A stretch of DNA of 64,000 nt from Escherichia coli (GCF_050920415.1 NZ_CP169309.1); one strand, 5' to 3'. Positions 1 through 12,216 are shown, counted from the stretch's first letter. Numbers and translations: made by a program. The notes: generated by a model from the sequence alone, not told the origin.

Positions 1-729
1 TTTTCGCTGGTGGCTGTTAACCTCGATCAAAAGCAACCGGGCTTCCCGGAACACGTTCTGCCCGAGTATCTTGAAAAGCTGGGCATTGAGTACAAGATTG
101 TGGAAGAGAACACTTACGGTATCGTGAAAGAGAAGATTCCGGAGGGCAAAACCACTTGCTCACTGTGTTCTCGTCTTCGTCGCGGAATTCTTTACCGTAC
201 CGCAACGGAACTGGGAGCGACGAAGATCGCGCTGGGTCACCATCGTGACGATATCCTGCAAACGTTGTTCTTAAATATGTTCTACGGCGGCAAGATGAAA
301 GGTATGCCTCCGAAACTGATGAGCGATGATGGCAAACATATTGTGATTCGTCCGCTGGCCTACTGCCGCGAGAAAGATATTCAGCGATTTGCCGATGCAA
401 AAGCGTTCCCGATTATTCCGTGCAACCTGTGCGGTTCACAGCCTAACCTGCAACGTCAGGTGATTGCTGACATGTTGCGTGACTGGGATAAACGTTATCC
501 GGGGCGTATCGAGACGATGTTCAGCGCGATGCAGAATGTGGTGCCGTCGCATCTGTGCGATACCAACCTGTTCGATTTCAAAGGCATTACCCACGGTTCT
601 GAAGTGGTTAACGGGGGTGATCTGGCGTTTGATCGCGAAGAGATCCCTCTACAACCGGCGGGTTGGCAGCCTGAAGAAGATGAAAATCAGTTGGATGAGT
701 TACGACTGAATGTGGTTGAAGTGAAATAA
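1..729 (+). CDS. ttcA: TtcA tRNA-cytidine 2-thiolase, C-terminal part (5' end outside window)
   Basis: Frame open from base 1 (track ORF 10..729); [10 protein letters not shown] and CNLCGS cysteine motifs; recognised as E. coli TtcA. Confidence 0.9.
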   Translation, partial: FSLVAVNLDQKQPGFPEHVLPEYLEKLGIEYKIVEENTYGIVKEKIPEGKTTCSLCSRLRRGILYRTATELGATKIALGHHRDDILQTLFLNMFYGGKMKGMPPKLMSDDGKHIVIRPLAYCREKDIQRFADAKAFPIIPCNLCGSQPNLQRQVIADMLRDWDKRYPGRIETMFSAMQNVVPSHLCDTNLFDFKGITHGSEVVNGGDLAFDREEIPLQPAGWQPEEDENQLDELRLNVVEVK

Positions 730-740
730 CCCGGATAGCG

Positions 741-809
741 CCCGATGCGCAAGCTTATCGGGCTACTCTTATGGAGGCCGGATAAGACGCGGCCAGCGTC
801 GCATCCGGC
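741..809. repeat. REP/BIME-type extragenic palindromes
   Basis: CCCGAT..ATCGGG and GCCGGATAAGACGCGGCCAGCGTCGCATCCGGC imperfect palindromes between convergent ttcA and dbpA. Confidence 0.7.
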
Positions 810-857
810 AATCCCGAAGAAGATGTTTACTCTTGCACCCTGCGATTCAACATTTCA

Positions 858-2231
858 TTATTTTAATAACCGCACCCGGCACGTTTTTCCTTTAATCTTC
901 CCGCCCTGTAACTGTTTCCATGCTTTATGAGCAACAGCCTGACGCACCGCGACATAGACATGCGCCGGATGCACGGCGATTTTGCCAATATCTGCGCCAT
1001 CAAGCCCGATATCTCCTGTCAGCGCACCTAATACATCACCCGGGCGCATTTTGGCTTTTTTCCCGCCATCGATACACAACGTTGCCATTTCTGCTTCCAG
1101 CGGCACAATGGAACTATTAACTGGCGGCGTTTGCCAGTTAAGTTTTATCTGCAACATGTCAGAAATGATATTGGCCCGCTGTGCTTCTTCCGGGGCACAG
1201 AAACTGATCGCCAGACCGCTATTTCCTGCACGCGCTGTACGACCAATGCGATGTACATGAACTTCAGGGTCCCACGCCAGTTCAAAGTTCACTACCAGCT
1301 CAAGCGATTTAATATCAAGACCACGCGCAGCAACATCCGTCGCGACCAGCACACGAGCGCTACCGTTAGCAAAACGTACCAGGGTCTGATCGCGGTCACG
1401 TTGCTCCAGATCGCCATGTAACGACAATGCACTTTGCCCTATGTCATTCAGCGCGTCGCAGACAGCCTGACAATCTTTTTTGGTATTGCAAAACACCACG
1501 CAAGAGGATGGCTGATGCAAACTTAATAACCGTTGCAACAGCGGAATTTTGCCTTTGCTGGATGTCTCATAAAATTGTTGTTCAATGGGAGGCAGAGCAT
1601 CTGTTGAGTCAATTTCAATCGCCAATGGATCGCGTTGAACTCGTCCGCTGATTGCGGTGATGGCTTCCGGCCAGGTTGCCGAAAACAGAAGCGTCTGTCG
1701 AGATGCTGGCGCAAAACGGATAACATCATCAATGGCATCGCTAAATCCCATATCCAGCATGCGATCGGCTTCATCCATCACCAGCATATTCAACGCATCC
1801 AGTGATACCGTGCCTTTTTGCAGATGGTCCAGCAAACGCCCCGGGGTTGCCACGATAATATGCGGCGCATGTTGCAACGAATCACGCTGCATACCGAACG
1901 GTTGACCACCGCACAAAGTCAAAATTTTGGTATTTGGCAGAAAACGCGCCAGCCGACGCAATTCACCTGCCACCTGATCCGCCAGTTCACGCGTAGGGCA
2001 CAGCACTAAAGCCTGGGTCTGAAATAGCGACGCATCAATTTTCTGTAGCAGCCCGAGGCCAAAAGCCGCCGTTTTGCCGCTGCCGGTTTTCGCCTGCACG
2101 CGAACATCTTTTCCGGCAAGGATCGCCGGAAGCGCGGCGGCCTGCACCGGCGTCATAGTTAAATAACCCAACTCATTAAGGTTCGTGAGTTGGGCGGGAG
2201 GCAAAACATTCAGGGTAGAAAAAGCGGTCAC
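858..2231 (-). CDS. dbpA: DEAD-box ATP-dependent RNA helicase DbpA
   Basis: 457 aa; AKTGSGKT, VMDEAD, SAT motifs; recognised as E. coli DbpA. Confidence 0.95.
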   Translation of the reverse strand: MTAFSTLNVLPPAQLTNLNELGYLTMTPVQAAALPAILAGKDVRVQAKTGSGKTAAFGLGLLQKIDASLFQTQALVLCPTRELADQVAGELRRLARFLPNTKILTLCGGQPFGMQRDSLQHAPHIIVATPGRLLDHLQKGTVSLDALNMLVMDEADRMLDMGFSDAIDDVIRFAPASRQTLLFSATWPEAITAISGRVQRDPLAIEIDSTDALPPIEQQFYETSSKGKIPLLQRLLSLHQPSSCVVFCNTKKDCQAVCDALNDIGQSALSLHGDLEQRDRDQTLVRFANGSARVLVATDVAARGLDIKSLELVVNFELAWDPEVHVHRIGRTARAGNSGLAISFCAPEEAQRANIISDMLQIKLNWQTPPVNSSIVPLEAEMATLCIDGGKKAKMRPGDVLGALTGDIGLDGADIGKIAVHPAHVYVAVRQAVAHKAWKQLQGGKIKGKTCRVRLLK

Positions 2232-2261
2232 AATCTGTTCTCGTGGTCATCGACGCAAAAA

Positions 2262-2435
2262 TTAGCAAGCGCGTATCCTCGCAGATCTACGCTCACGATG
2301 CGACAATTTAATCGGTTCTTCATCGGGTGGTGGGTCAGGCATGGGTTGCGGGCGAGGGATTGGATCGGGCACTGGAACAGGATCGCCAGGAATCGGTTCA
2401 GGGACAGGAATTTGCAAATAAATGAGTGTCGTCAT
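2262..2435 (-). CDS. 57-aa proline-rich small ORF ending 30 nt upstream of dbpA
   Basis: My own translation (below track cutoff): MTTLIYLQIPVPEPIPGDPVPVPDPIPRPQPMPDPPPDEEPIKLSHRERRSARIRAC; GGAGGG Shine-Dalgarno 4 nt before ATG; same strand as dbpA. Confidence 0.4.
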   Translation of the reverse strand: MTTLIYLQIPVPEPIPGDPVPVPDPIPRPQPMPDPPPDEEPIKLSHRERRSARIRAC

Positions 2436-2492
2436 ATTTCCCTCCGGTCATTGGGTGGACTCTTAAAGGGTAGACGCTGATATATAACAGGC

Positions 2493-2614
2493 AAAAAAAA
2501 GCCGACTCATCAAAGTCGGCGTCGTACGAATCAATTGTGCTATGCAGTAATTCAAAAAAGGAAGTAAGACAATATGGAGCGCAACGCCCATCGCTTGACG
2601 TTGCATTCACCTGC
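2493..2614 (-). ncRNA. fnrS: FnrS small RNA
   Basis: Minus strand reads GCAGGTGAATGCAACGTCAAGCGATGGGCG...GCCGACTTTGATGAGTCGGCTTTTTTTT, matching my recollection of FnrS including its terminator; zntB-dbpA intergenic position as in K-12. Confidence 0.85.
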
Positions 2615-2649
2615 AAGAGAGATATTGCCCTGAATGGGTAGAGAGTTTA

Positions 2650-2663
2650 TTGACTTCGCTCAA
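2650..2663 (-). promoter_or_regulatory. FNR-box-like palindrome upstream of fnrS
   Basis: TTGAGCGAAGTCAA versus consensus TTGAT-N4-ATCAA, centred about 42 bp upstream of the FnrS 5' end. Confidence 0.65.
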
Positions 2664-2709
2664 ACTTTGCGGCGTTTTTGTATACAGATAGTAGGGAAAA
2701 TTGCTGTTG

Positions 2710-3714
<1,005 letters not shown>

Positions 3715-3947
3715 TTATTTTGTAGTCTAGCCTTCTGGCCCTGTTACGCAACATCTCATCACCCCATTACCCTGAAATGATTAATAAAATTCTGTCTAAA
3801 TTGAATACAAAAAGCAAAATGCTTTTCCATATACAAACCGTGTGAAGTGTTAAATAGCGTCTATCATTATCAGAATTATCTGATCATATGACGTGGCTTT
3901 TTTGCGATCGGATAGCAACAAAAATTGATAAAAATAACGGGATCTCA

Positions 3948-5180
3948 ATGATTACGCACAACTTCAATACCCTGGACTTACTCACCAGTCCTGTCTGGAT
4001 CGTTTCGCCCTTTGAGGAACAGTTAATTTATGCCAACAGCGCGGCGCGACTGTTGATGCAAGACCTCACGTTTAGTCAGCTACGAACCGGTCCCTATTCC
4101 GTCTCCTCACAAAAAGAACTACCGAAATACCTCTCCGATCTGCAAAACCAACACGATATTATCGAAATCCTCACTGTTCAACGTAAAGAAGAGGAAACAG
4201 CATTAAGCTGTCGGCTTGTTTTGCGAGAGCTGACAGAAGCAGAACCGGTGATTATTTTCGAAGGTATCGAAGCGCCGGCAACGCTGGGTTTAAAAGCCAG
4301 TCGTTCGGCAAATTATCAGCGCAAAAAACAAGGTTTTTATGCGCGCTTTTTTCTGACTAACTCTGCACCAATGTTGTTGATTGACCCCTCACGAGATGGC
4401 CAAATCGTCGATGCTAACCTCGCCGCGCTCAATTTCTATGGTTATAACCATGAAACGATGTGCCAGAAACATACCTGGGAAATTAATATGCTCGGGCGTC
4501 GCGTCATGCCTATCATGCATGAAATCTCGCATTTACCCGGTGGTCATAAGCCTTTGAATTTTGTTCATAAACTGGCGGATGGTTCGACTCGTCATGTGCA
4601 GACCTATGCTGGGCCGATTGAAATTTATGGCGACAAGCTCATGTTATGTATTGTGCATGATATTACTGAGCAAAAACGGCTGGAGGAGCAGCTGGAACAT
4701 GCTGCCCACCATGACGCGATGACCGGATTACTGAATCGGCGACAGTTTTATCACATTACCGAGCCAGGCCAAATGCAGCACCTCGCCATCGCTCAGGATT
4801 ACAGCTTATTGCTCATCGACACCGATCGTTTTAAACACATTAACGATCTCTATGGGCATTCTAAAGGTGATGAGGTGTTATGCGCCCTCGCCCGCACTCT
4901 CGAAAGTTGCGCTCGCAAAGGCGATTTGGTGTTTCGTTGGGGAGGCGAAGAGTTTGTCTTATTGCTACCAAGAACCCCACTGGATACCGCGCTTTCGCTG
5001 GCTGAAACTATCCGCGTAAGCGTGACAAAAGTGAGTATTTCGGGCTTACCACGCTTTACCGTCAGCATTGGTGTGGCGCATCACGAAGGAAATGAAAGCA
5101 TCGATGAACTGTTTAAACGCGTTGATGATGCTTTGTATCGGGCGAAAAATGATGGACGCAACCGCGTGCTGGCGGCATAA
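3948..5180 (+). CDS. dgcM: Diguanylate cyclase DgcM (YdaM), PAS-GGDEF
   Basis: Track ORF 3888..5180; start moved to MITHNFNTLDLL to give 410 aa as in K-12; RWGGEEF GGDEF motif. Confidence 0.9.
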   Translation: MITHNFNTLDLLTSPVWIVSPFEEQLIYANSAARLLMQDLTFSQLRTGPYSVSSQKELPKYLSDLQNQHDIIEILTVQRKEEETALSCRLVLRELTEAEPVIIFEGIEAPATLGLKASRSANYQRKKQGFYARFFLTNSAPMLLIDPSRDGQIVDANLAALNFYGYNHETMCQKHTWEINMLGRRVMPIMHEISHLPGGHKPLNFVHKLADGSTRHVQTYAGPIEIYGDKLMLCIVHDITEQKRLEEQLEHAAHHDAMTGLLNRRQFYHITEPGQMQHLAIAQDYSLLLIDTDRFKHINDLYGHSKGDEVLCALARTLESCARKGDLVFRWGGEEFVLLLPRTPLDTALSLAETIRVSVTKVSISGLPRFTVSIGVAHHEGNESIDELFKRVDDALYRAKNDGRNRVLAA

Positions 5181-5200
5181 GCCGCGGATGCGTCTCGAGA

Positions 5201-5764
5201 TCAACGACTGCGCTTAGCGTGGCGCTCCCAGTTTTCTTGCTTTGCCTGCGCCGTTTTACGTAGTGCGACGTAACACGCCCCGCTGCCGCCATGATGCGGT
5301 AGCGCGGTACAATATGCCTGGACATCATCAAATTCGGTCAACCAGCGCGCCACATAGCTGCGGACAATATTGGCATGCGATTTATCTTCCCGCCCTTTAC
5401 CATGAATAATCAGCACATTACGCAAACCATCCGCCAGGGCTTGTTGAATGAAACTGAACACCATTTTGCGGCACTCTTCCACCGGCTGGCGCAAAAGATT
5501 CAGGCTCGCCTGTTGCGGATATTTACCACTGCGCAGCTTATCCAGCACCCCATGTTGCAACCCTTCCCGCCGAAACTCCAGCGGCTGGCTTAGCGGAATG
5601 ATGTCGAGAAATCCGGTGGTGAGGAAATTATCAAGTTGCAGCGTGTCGATACGCTGCGGCGCACGTTGGTTACGCGTTGGATGCCAGTGGACATCTGTAG
5701 CACGTTTCAGCGGCTGGACATCTTCCATGGCGTCAAGAAACAGCGATTTGTCGTCAAGGTTCAT
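5201..5764 (-). CDS. smrA: Smr-domain endonuclease SmrA (YdaL)
   Basis: 187 aa; C-terminal Smr domain (LIIHGKG...); K-12 synteny. Confidence 0.9.
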   Translation of the reverse strand: MNLDDKSLFLDAMEDVQPLKRATDVHWHPTRNQRAPQRIDTLQLDNFLTTGFLDIIPLSQPLEFRREGLQHGVLDKLRSGKYPQQASLNLLRQPVEECRKMVFSFIQQALADGLRNVLIIHGKGREDKSHANIVRSYVARWLTEFDDVQAYCTALPHHGGSGACYVALRKTAQAKQENWERHAKRSR

Positions 5765-5991
5765 GTTACATCCTCCCGCAATTAAGAGCGCGATATGATA
5801 ACCAGACCGGGTCGGTCCAACAACGTATTACCCAAAATTCCAGTAATAAGTTCCAAATATTGCCGATATTTTAAGCAAAATGCTTATGCATGATTATTCA
5901 TTCACGATATTAATAATGTAACTTATATTTTCGTGAAATCTGTCACTGAAGAAAATTGGCAACTAAAGGTTAAAACCGTTATAACACAGTC

Positions 5992-6085
5992 ACCGGCGCA
6001 GAGGAGACCATGCCGGATTTAAGACGCGGATGCACTGCTGTGTGTACTGTAGAGTCTGGCGGATGTCGACAGACTCTATTTTTTT
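5992..6085 (+). ncRNA. mcaS: McaS (IsrA) small RNA
   Basis: ACCGGCGCAGAGGAGACCATGCCGGATTTAAGACGCGG...TAGAGTCTGGCGGATGTCGACAGACTCTATTTTTTT matches my recollection of McaS; smrA-abgR intergenic; TATAAC -10 just upstream. Confidence 0.8.
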
Positions 6086-6093
6086 ATGCAGTT

Positions 6094-7002
6094 TTAACTT
6101 TGCAGATAGCCGCATTCTCGCCGAAATTGCGTGATTAATGACGCGGTCAGTGGTGTCTGGCGACTATCACGCCGCTGAATCAAATAATAGGCCGCTTTCG
6201 GTAAAATTTCGATAACCGGCAACATCACCAGCCCCTGTCCGTGCAAGGGATCGCAGCCCATTTCTTCAGGTAGTATGCTGAGAAAATCGCTTTTTGCCAC
6301 CAGACTGATACAGGCTGAAAACGTCTCGCAGACTACGCCGACCTGTGGCGTTTGCGCCTGATCGTCAAGCAATTCACTCAACTGTTTGTAGTAGCTGCCG
6401 TGTGGCGTCGGCATTGTCCAGCTGTAGTCCAGTAACTGTTTGATCGAACGGGCACCAATGGCGGGATGTCCCGGGCGGCAAAAGATCGCGAATTGCTTTT
6501 CCAGTAATTTCTCAAAAGTAAATTCGTGGTCGTAGGGTCCCTGATAATAGGTATTGATGGTGAAATCCAGTTCTCCCTGGCGCAATTCATTAATCATCGA
6601 CACCAGTTGCCCTTCCATAATGCGTACTTTTACCTGCGGATGCTGCTGATGAAAACGAGATATGACAGCTGGCATCAGACTGCGGGAAATACTGGCCCCC
6701 ATGCCGATATTAATTTGCCCTGCCAGTTGCCCTTGTCGTTGGCGAATATCCTCTTGCGCTGCGCGCAGCTCTTCAAGAATAAGACTGGCGTGCTGATAAA
6801 AACTTTCGCCGGCATCAGTTAACGTCACGCCTTTACTACGGCGAAAAAAGAGTTGTGCCGCTAACCCTTCTTCCAGCTCCTGAATAGATTTACTCAGTGC
6901 CGGTTGCGACATATTCAACATTCGGCTCGCTCCGCGAATGCTGCCCTGACGAGCCACTTCAACAAAAGCCCGAATTTGATGAATTTTTACCTGAAAAGCC
7001 AT
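6094..7002 (-). CDS. abgR: LysR-family regulator AbgR
   Basis: 302 aa; N-terminal LysR HTH; divergent from abgA. Confidence 0.93.
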   Translation of the reverse strand: MAFQVKIHQIRAFVEVARQGSIRGASRMLNMSQPALSKSIQELEEGLAAQLFFRRSKGVTLTDAGESFYQHASLILEELRAAQEDIRQRQGQLAGQINIGMGASISRSLMPAVISRFHQQHPQVKVRIMEGQLVSMINELRQGELDFTINTYYQGPYDHEFTFEKLLEKQFAIFCRPGHPAIGARSIKQLLDYSWTMPTPHGSYYKQLSELLDDQAQTPQVGVVCETFSACISLVAKSDFLSILPEEMGCDPLHGQGLVMLPVIEILPKAAYYLIQRRDSRQTPLTASLITQFRRECGYLQS

Positions 7003-7177
7003 GACGCCACCGATAACCGTTATTTATCAGACCAAAGAAACTGGCATCTACTTTAATGCAGATGATTGTGTCAGGGTAATTTATGAACGGTTAAAACTGT
7101 GAAAAATCAGTTAGTGATAAGTAAAAACTATCACTACGTGAACCGGGTCACATTTTTTACTGATGACGGGAAAGGTT

Positions 7178-8488
7178 ATGGAGTCTTTGAATCAATTTGT
7201 TAATTCGCTTGCCCCAAGATTATCGCACTGGCGACGTGATTTTCATCGCTATGCAGAGTCTGGCTGGGTGGAATTCCGCACAGCCACCCTTGTTGCAGAA
7301 GAATTGCACCAGCTCGGCTATTCACTGGCGCTGGGCCGCGAAGTCGTTAATGAAAGTAGTCGGATGGGACTACCTGATGAACTCACTCTACAGCGCGAAT
7401 TCGAGCGCGCTCTTCAACAAGGTGCGTTAGCACAATGGATCGCGGCTTTTGAAGGTGGTTTCACTGGCATCGTCGCCACCCTGGATACCGGTCGCCCCGG
7501 TCCGGTGATGGCTTTCCGTGTCGATATGGACGCGCTGGATCTCAGTGAAGAACGGGATGTCAGCCATCGCCCCTACCGCGACGGTTTTGCGTCATGTAAC
7601 GCCGGAATGATGCATGCCTGTGGTCATGATGGACATACCGCTATTGGGCTTGGGCTGGCGCACACCCTTAAACAGTTCGAGTCCGGACTTCACGGCGTCA
7701 TCAAACTGATTTTTCAGCCTGCAGAGGAAGGTACGCGTGGCGCGCGGGCGATGGTCGATGCAGGTGTAGTGGATGATGTTGATTATTTTACTGCCGTGCA
7801 CATTGGCACTGGCGTACCTGCGGGCACCGTGGTGTGCGGCAGTGATAATTTTATGGCAACAACCAAATTTGACGCGCACTTCACTGGTACCGCCGCTCAC
7901 GCAGGCGCAAAACCACAAGACGGTCACAATGCCTTACTGGCGGCAGCACAAGCAACTCTTGCGCTGCATGGAATCGCCCCGCACAGCGAAGGGGCTTCCA
8001 GAGTAAACGTGGGCGTTATGCAGGCAGGAAGCGGTCGTAATGTGGTTCCTGCCTCGGCGTTGCTGAAAGTTGAAACTCGAGGGGTCAGCGACGTCATCAA
8101 TCAATATGTTTTTGACCGTGCACAACAAGCGATTCAGGGCGCAGCAGCCATGTATGGTGTCGGCGTTGAAACTCGGCTGATGGGTGCAGCTACCGCCAGT
8201 TCTCCTTCGCCGAAATGGGTCGCATGGTTACAAAGCCAGGCGGCTCAGGTCGCGGGGGTCAATCAGGCCATTGAACGTGTTGAAGCGCCTGCGGGTTCCG
8301 AAGATGCCACATTAATGATGGCCCGCGTGCAGCGACATCAAGGGCAAGCCTCCTACATGGTATTTGGCACACAGCTGGCGGCAGGTCATCACAACGAAAA
8401 ATTCGATTTTGACGAGCAGGTTCTCGCTATTACCGTCGAAACGCTGGCGCGCACCGCGCTTAATTTTCCCTGGACGCGAGGTATCTGA
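7178..8488 (+). CDS. abgA: p-aminobenzoyl-glutamate hydrolase subunit A (M20 peptidase)
   Basis: Track ORF 7163..8488; start at MESLNQFVNS gives 436 aa as in K-12. Confidence 0.92.
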   Translation: MESLNQFVNSLAPRLSHWRRDFHRYAESGWVEFRTATLVAEELHQLGYSLALGREVVNESSRMGLPDELTLQREFERALQQGALAQWIAAFEGGFTGIVATLDTGRPGPVMAFRVDMDALDLSEERDVSHRPYRDGFASCNAGMMHACGHDGHTAIGLGLAHTLKQFESGLHGVIKLIFQPAEEGTRGARAMVDAGVVDDVDYFTAVHIGTGVPAGTVVCGSDNFMATTKFDAHFTGTAAHAGAKPQDGHNALLAAAQATLALHGIAPHSEGASRVNVGVMQAGSGRNVVPASALLKVETRGVSDVINQYVFDRAQQAIQGAAAMYGVGVETRLMGAATASSPSPKWVAWLQSQAAQVAGVNQAIERVEAPAGSEDATLMMARVQRHQGQASYMVFGTQLAAGHHNEKFDFDEQVLAITVETLARTALNFPWTRGI

Positions 8489-9933
8489 TGCAGGAAATCT
8501 ATCGTTTTATCGACGATGCGATTGAAGCCGATCGCCAACGTTATACCGATATTGCTGATCAAATCTGGGATCATCCAGAAACACGTTTTGAAGAGTTCTG
8601 GTCAGCGGAACATCTGGCTTCGGCGCTGGAATCTGCAGGCTTCACCGTTACCCGCAACGTAGGCAATATCCCAAATGCCTTTATTGCTTCGTTTGGTCAA
8701 GGCAAACCGGTTATCGCCCTGCTGGGGGAATATGACGCCCTGGCAGGTTTAAGTCAGCAAGCAGGGTGCGCGCAACCTACATCCGCGACGCCCGGTGAAA
8801 ATGGTCACGGTTGCGGACACAATTTGCTCGGAACCGCCGCCTTTGCCGCAGCAATAGCCGTCAAGAAATGGCTGGAACAATATGGGCAAGGCGGCACGGT
8901 GCGCTTTTATGGTTGTCCTGGCGAAGAAGGCGGCTCGGGTAAAACGTTCATGGTCCGCGAGGGGGTATTTGATGATGTGGATGCGGCACTCACCTGGCAC
9001 CCGGAAGCCTTTGCCGGTATGTTCAATACCCGCACGCTGGCAAACATTCAGGCATCATGGCGCTTTAAAGGGATCGCAGCACATGCTGCAAATTCCCCTC
9101 ATTTGGGACGCAGCGCCCTTGATGCCGTAACGTTGATGACCACTGGCACCAACTTCCTCAACGAACATATTATTGAAAAAGCGCGCGTACACTATGCCAT
9201 CACAGAGAGCGGCGGGATCTCGCCCAACGTGGTCCAGGCGCAGGCAGAAGTGCTTTATCTTATCCGCGCCCCCGAAATGACCGACGTGCAGCATATTTAT
9301 GATCGGGTAGCCAAAATCGCCGAAGGTGCGGCATTGATGACCGAAACCACGGTTGAATGCCGCTTCGACAAAGCCTGTTCCAGTTATCTCCCTAATCGCA
9401 CCTTAGAAAAGGCCATGTACCAGGCTCTGTCCCATTTTGGAACCCCTGAATGGAAATCCGAAGAACTGGCTTTTGCGAAACAAATTCAGGCTACGCTCAC
9501 CCCCAACGATCGGCAAAACAGTCTGAATAATATCGCCGCAACCGGTGGAGAAAACGGCAAGGCTTTTGCACTACGTCATCGTGAAACGGTACTGGCGAAT
9601 GAAGTCGCTCCATATGCCGCCACCGATAACGTGCTTGCGGCATCAACTGATGTCGGCGACGTCAGTTGGAAACTGCCTGTTGCCCAGTGTTTAAGCCCCT
9701 GTTTCGCCGTCGGTACACCGCTACATACGTGGCAACTGGTTAGCCAGGGGCGAACGTCTATTGCTCATAAAGGAATGCTGCTGGCGGCGAAAACTATAGC
9801 AGCAACCACACTTAATCTCTTCATTGATTCAGGGCTATTGCAAGAATGCCAACAAGAGCATCAGCAAGTTACGGACACGCAACCGTATCACTGCCCTATC
9901 CCGAAAAACGTGACACCGTCACCTTTAAAATAA
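8488..9933 (+). CDS. abgB: p-aminobenzoyl-glutamate hydrolase subunit B (M20 peptidase)
   Basis: 481 aa; ATGA overlap with abgA stop. Confidence 0.92.
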   Translation: MQEIYRFIDDAIEADRQRYTDIADQIWDHPETRFEEFWSAEHLASALESAGFTVTRNVGNIPNAFIASFGQGKPVIALLGEYDALAGLSQQAGCAQPTSATPGENGHGCGHNLLGTAAFAAAIAVKKWLEQYGQGGTVRFYGCPGEEGGSGKTFMVREGVFDDVDAALTWHPEAFAGMFNTRTLANIQASWRFKGIAAHAANSPHLGRSALDAVTLMTTGTNFLNEHIIEKARVHYAITESGGISPNVVQAQAEVLYLIRAPEMTDVQHIYDRVAKIAEGAALMTETTVECRFDKACSSYLPNRTLEKAMYQALSHFGTPEWKSEELAFAKQIQATLTPNDRQNSLNNIAATGGENGKAFALRHRETVLANEVAPYAATDNVLAASTDVGDVSWKLPVAQCLSPCFAVGTPLHTWQLVSQGRTSIAHKGMLLAAKTIAATTLNLFIDSGLLQECQQEHQQVTDTQPYHCPIPKNVTPSPLK

Positions 9934-9969
9934 CAACAACAACGCAAACACAACAAACGAGGAATGCCC

Positions 9970-11496
9970 ATGAGTATGTCATCCATACCGTCGTCCTCCC
10001 AATCCGGGAAGCTCTATGGCTGGGTCGAAAGAATTGGTAACAAGGTTCCCCATCCTTTTTTGCTCTTTATCTATTTGATTATCGTACTCATGGTGACGAC
10101 GGCAATTTTGTCGGCCTTTGGCGTCAGTGCGAAAAACCCGACCGATGGTACGCCAGTGGTCGTGAAAAACCTGCTCAGTGTGGAAGGATTACACTGGTTT
10201 TTACCCAATGTGATTAAAAACTTTAGCGGTTTTGCCCCACTAGGCGCGATCCTGGCGCTGGTTTTAGGTGCCGGTCTGGCGGAGCGCGTCGGCTTACTGC
10301 CAGCGTTGATGGTTAAAATGGCATCGCATGTGAATGCTCGCTACGCCAGTTATATGGTGCTGTTTATTGCTTTTTTCAGCCACATTTCTTCCGATGCGGC
10401 GTTAGTGATCATGCCACCGATGGGGGCGCTGATTTTTCTGGCGGTGGGCAGGCATCCAGTTGCAGGTTTACTGGCCGCCATTGCAGGCGTCGGTTGCGGC
10501 TTTACAGCTAATTTACTGATTGTCACAACCGACGTGTTGCTGTCGGGGATCAGCACGGAGGCTGCGGCTGCGTTCAATCCGCAAATGCACGTCAGTGTAA
10601 TTGATAACTGGTATTTTATGGCCAGCTCCGTAGTCGTACTGACGGTTGTTGGCGGCCTGATAACCGACAAAATCATTGAGCCACGGTTAGGTCAATGGCA
10701 GGGAAACAGCGATGAGAAACTGCAGACATTGACCGAAAGTCAGCGTTTTGGTTTACGCATAGCAGGTGTCGTATCGCTACTTTTTATTGCTGCGATTGCG
10801 CTGATGGTGATCCCGGTAAACGGTATATTGCGCGATCCGATCAACCACACCGTGATGCCATCCCCCTTTATTAAAGGTATCGTGCCACTGATCATTCTCT
10901 TTTTCTTTGTGGTTTCGCTGGCTTATGGCATCGCTACCCGCACAATTCGACGTCAGGCGGATTTACCGCATTTAATGATTGAACCGATGAAAGAGATGGC
11001 GGGATTTATCGTGATGGTTTTTCCCCTCGCCCAGTTTGTCGCCATGTTTAACTGGAGCAACATGGGGAAATTCATCGCTGTGGGGTTGACCGATATACTC
11101 GAAAGTTCAGGGCTTAGCGGCATCCCGGCGTTTGTCGGTCTGGCGTTGCTTTCCTCTTTCTTATGCATGTTTATCGCCAGCGGTTCCGCAATCTGGTCGA
11201 TTCTGGCCCCCATTTTCGTACCGATGTTTATGCTACTTGGCTTTCACCCGGCATTTGCGCAAATCCTCTTTCGTATTGCCGACTCATCCGTATTGCCTTT
11301 AGCGCCGGTATCTCCTTTTGTTCCACTGTTTCTTGGATTCCTGCAACGCTACAAACCAGACGCGAAACTGGGTACTTACTATTCGTTAGTTTTGCCCTAT
11401 CCACTTATCTTTTTGGTGGTATGGCTGCTGATGTTGCTGGCGTGGTATCTTGTCGGTCTGCCGATAGGTCCGGGGATTTACCCTCGTTTGTCTTAA
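9970..11496 (+). CDS. abgT: p-aminobenzoyl-glutamate transporter AbgT
   Basis: Track ORF 9964..11496; start at MSMSSIPSS gives 508 aa; polytopic membrane protein. Confidence 0.92.
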
Positions 11497-11506
11497 GAGA
11501 GAACGG

Positions 11507-12022
11507 ATGCTGAGATTACTTGAAGAAAAAATTGCCACGCCACTAGGTCCACTGTGGGTGATTTGCGATGAGCAATTTCGCCTGCGGGCGGTTGAATGGG
11601 AAGAGTACAGCGAACGCATGGTGCAGTTGCTGGACATCCATTACCGCAAAGAAGGCTATGAACGCATTTCTGCCACCAACCCAGGTGGTTTAAGCGACAA
11701 GCTTCGTGAATATTTTGCCGGTAATCTTAGCATTATTGATACGCTTCCCACTGCCACGGGGGGGACGCCATTTCAGCGCGAAGTCTGGAAAACATTACGC
11801 ACAATCCCCTGCGGGCAGGTAATGCATTACGGCCAACTGGCTGAACAATTGGGCCGCCCCGGCGCGGCGCGTGCCGTAGGTGCGGCAAATGGATCGAATC
11901 CCATCAGCATTGTTGTGCCTTGTCATCGGGTCATTGGCAGAAACGGTACCATGACCGGATATGCAGGCGGAGTTCAGCGAAAAGAGTGGTTATTACGCCA
12001 CGAAGGTTATCTTTTGCTGTAA
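11507..12022 (+). CDS. ogt: O6-alkylguanine-DNA methyltransferase Ogt
   Basis: 171 aa; PCHRV active-site motif. Confidence 0.95.
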
Positions 12023-12216
12023 ACATTAAACAATTTGTGCCAGCTTGTTCACACTTTTATGTAAAGATACCCTTAACAACTTAAGGGTTTTCAAATAGAT
12101 AGACATATATTTACATCTAATATCGGAATTCTCTGCTGTTAAGGTTTGCTTAGACTTACTTGCTCCCTAAAAAGATGTTAAAATTGACAAATATCAATTA
12201 CGGCTTGAGCAGACCT

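Noticed and set aside
1-729. Commenting on presence or absence of the Rac prophage next to ttcA (its K-12 neighbour)
   Set aside because: The window starts inside ttcA, so the relevant flank is not visible.
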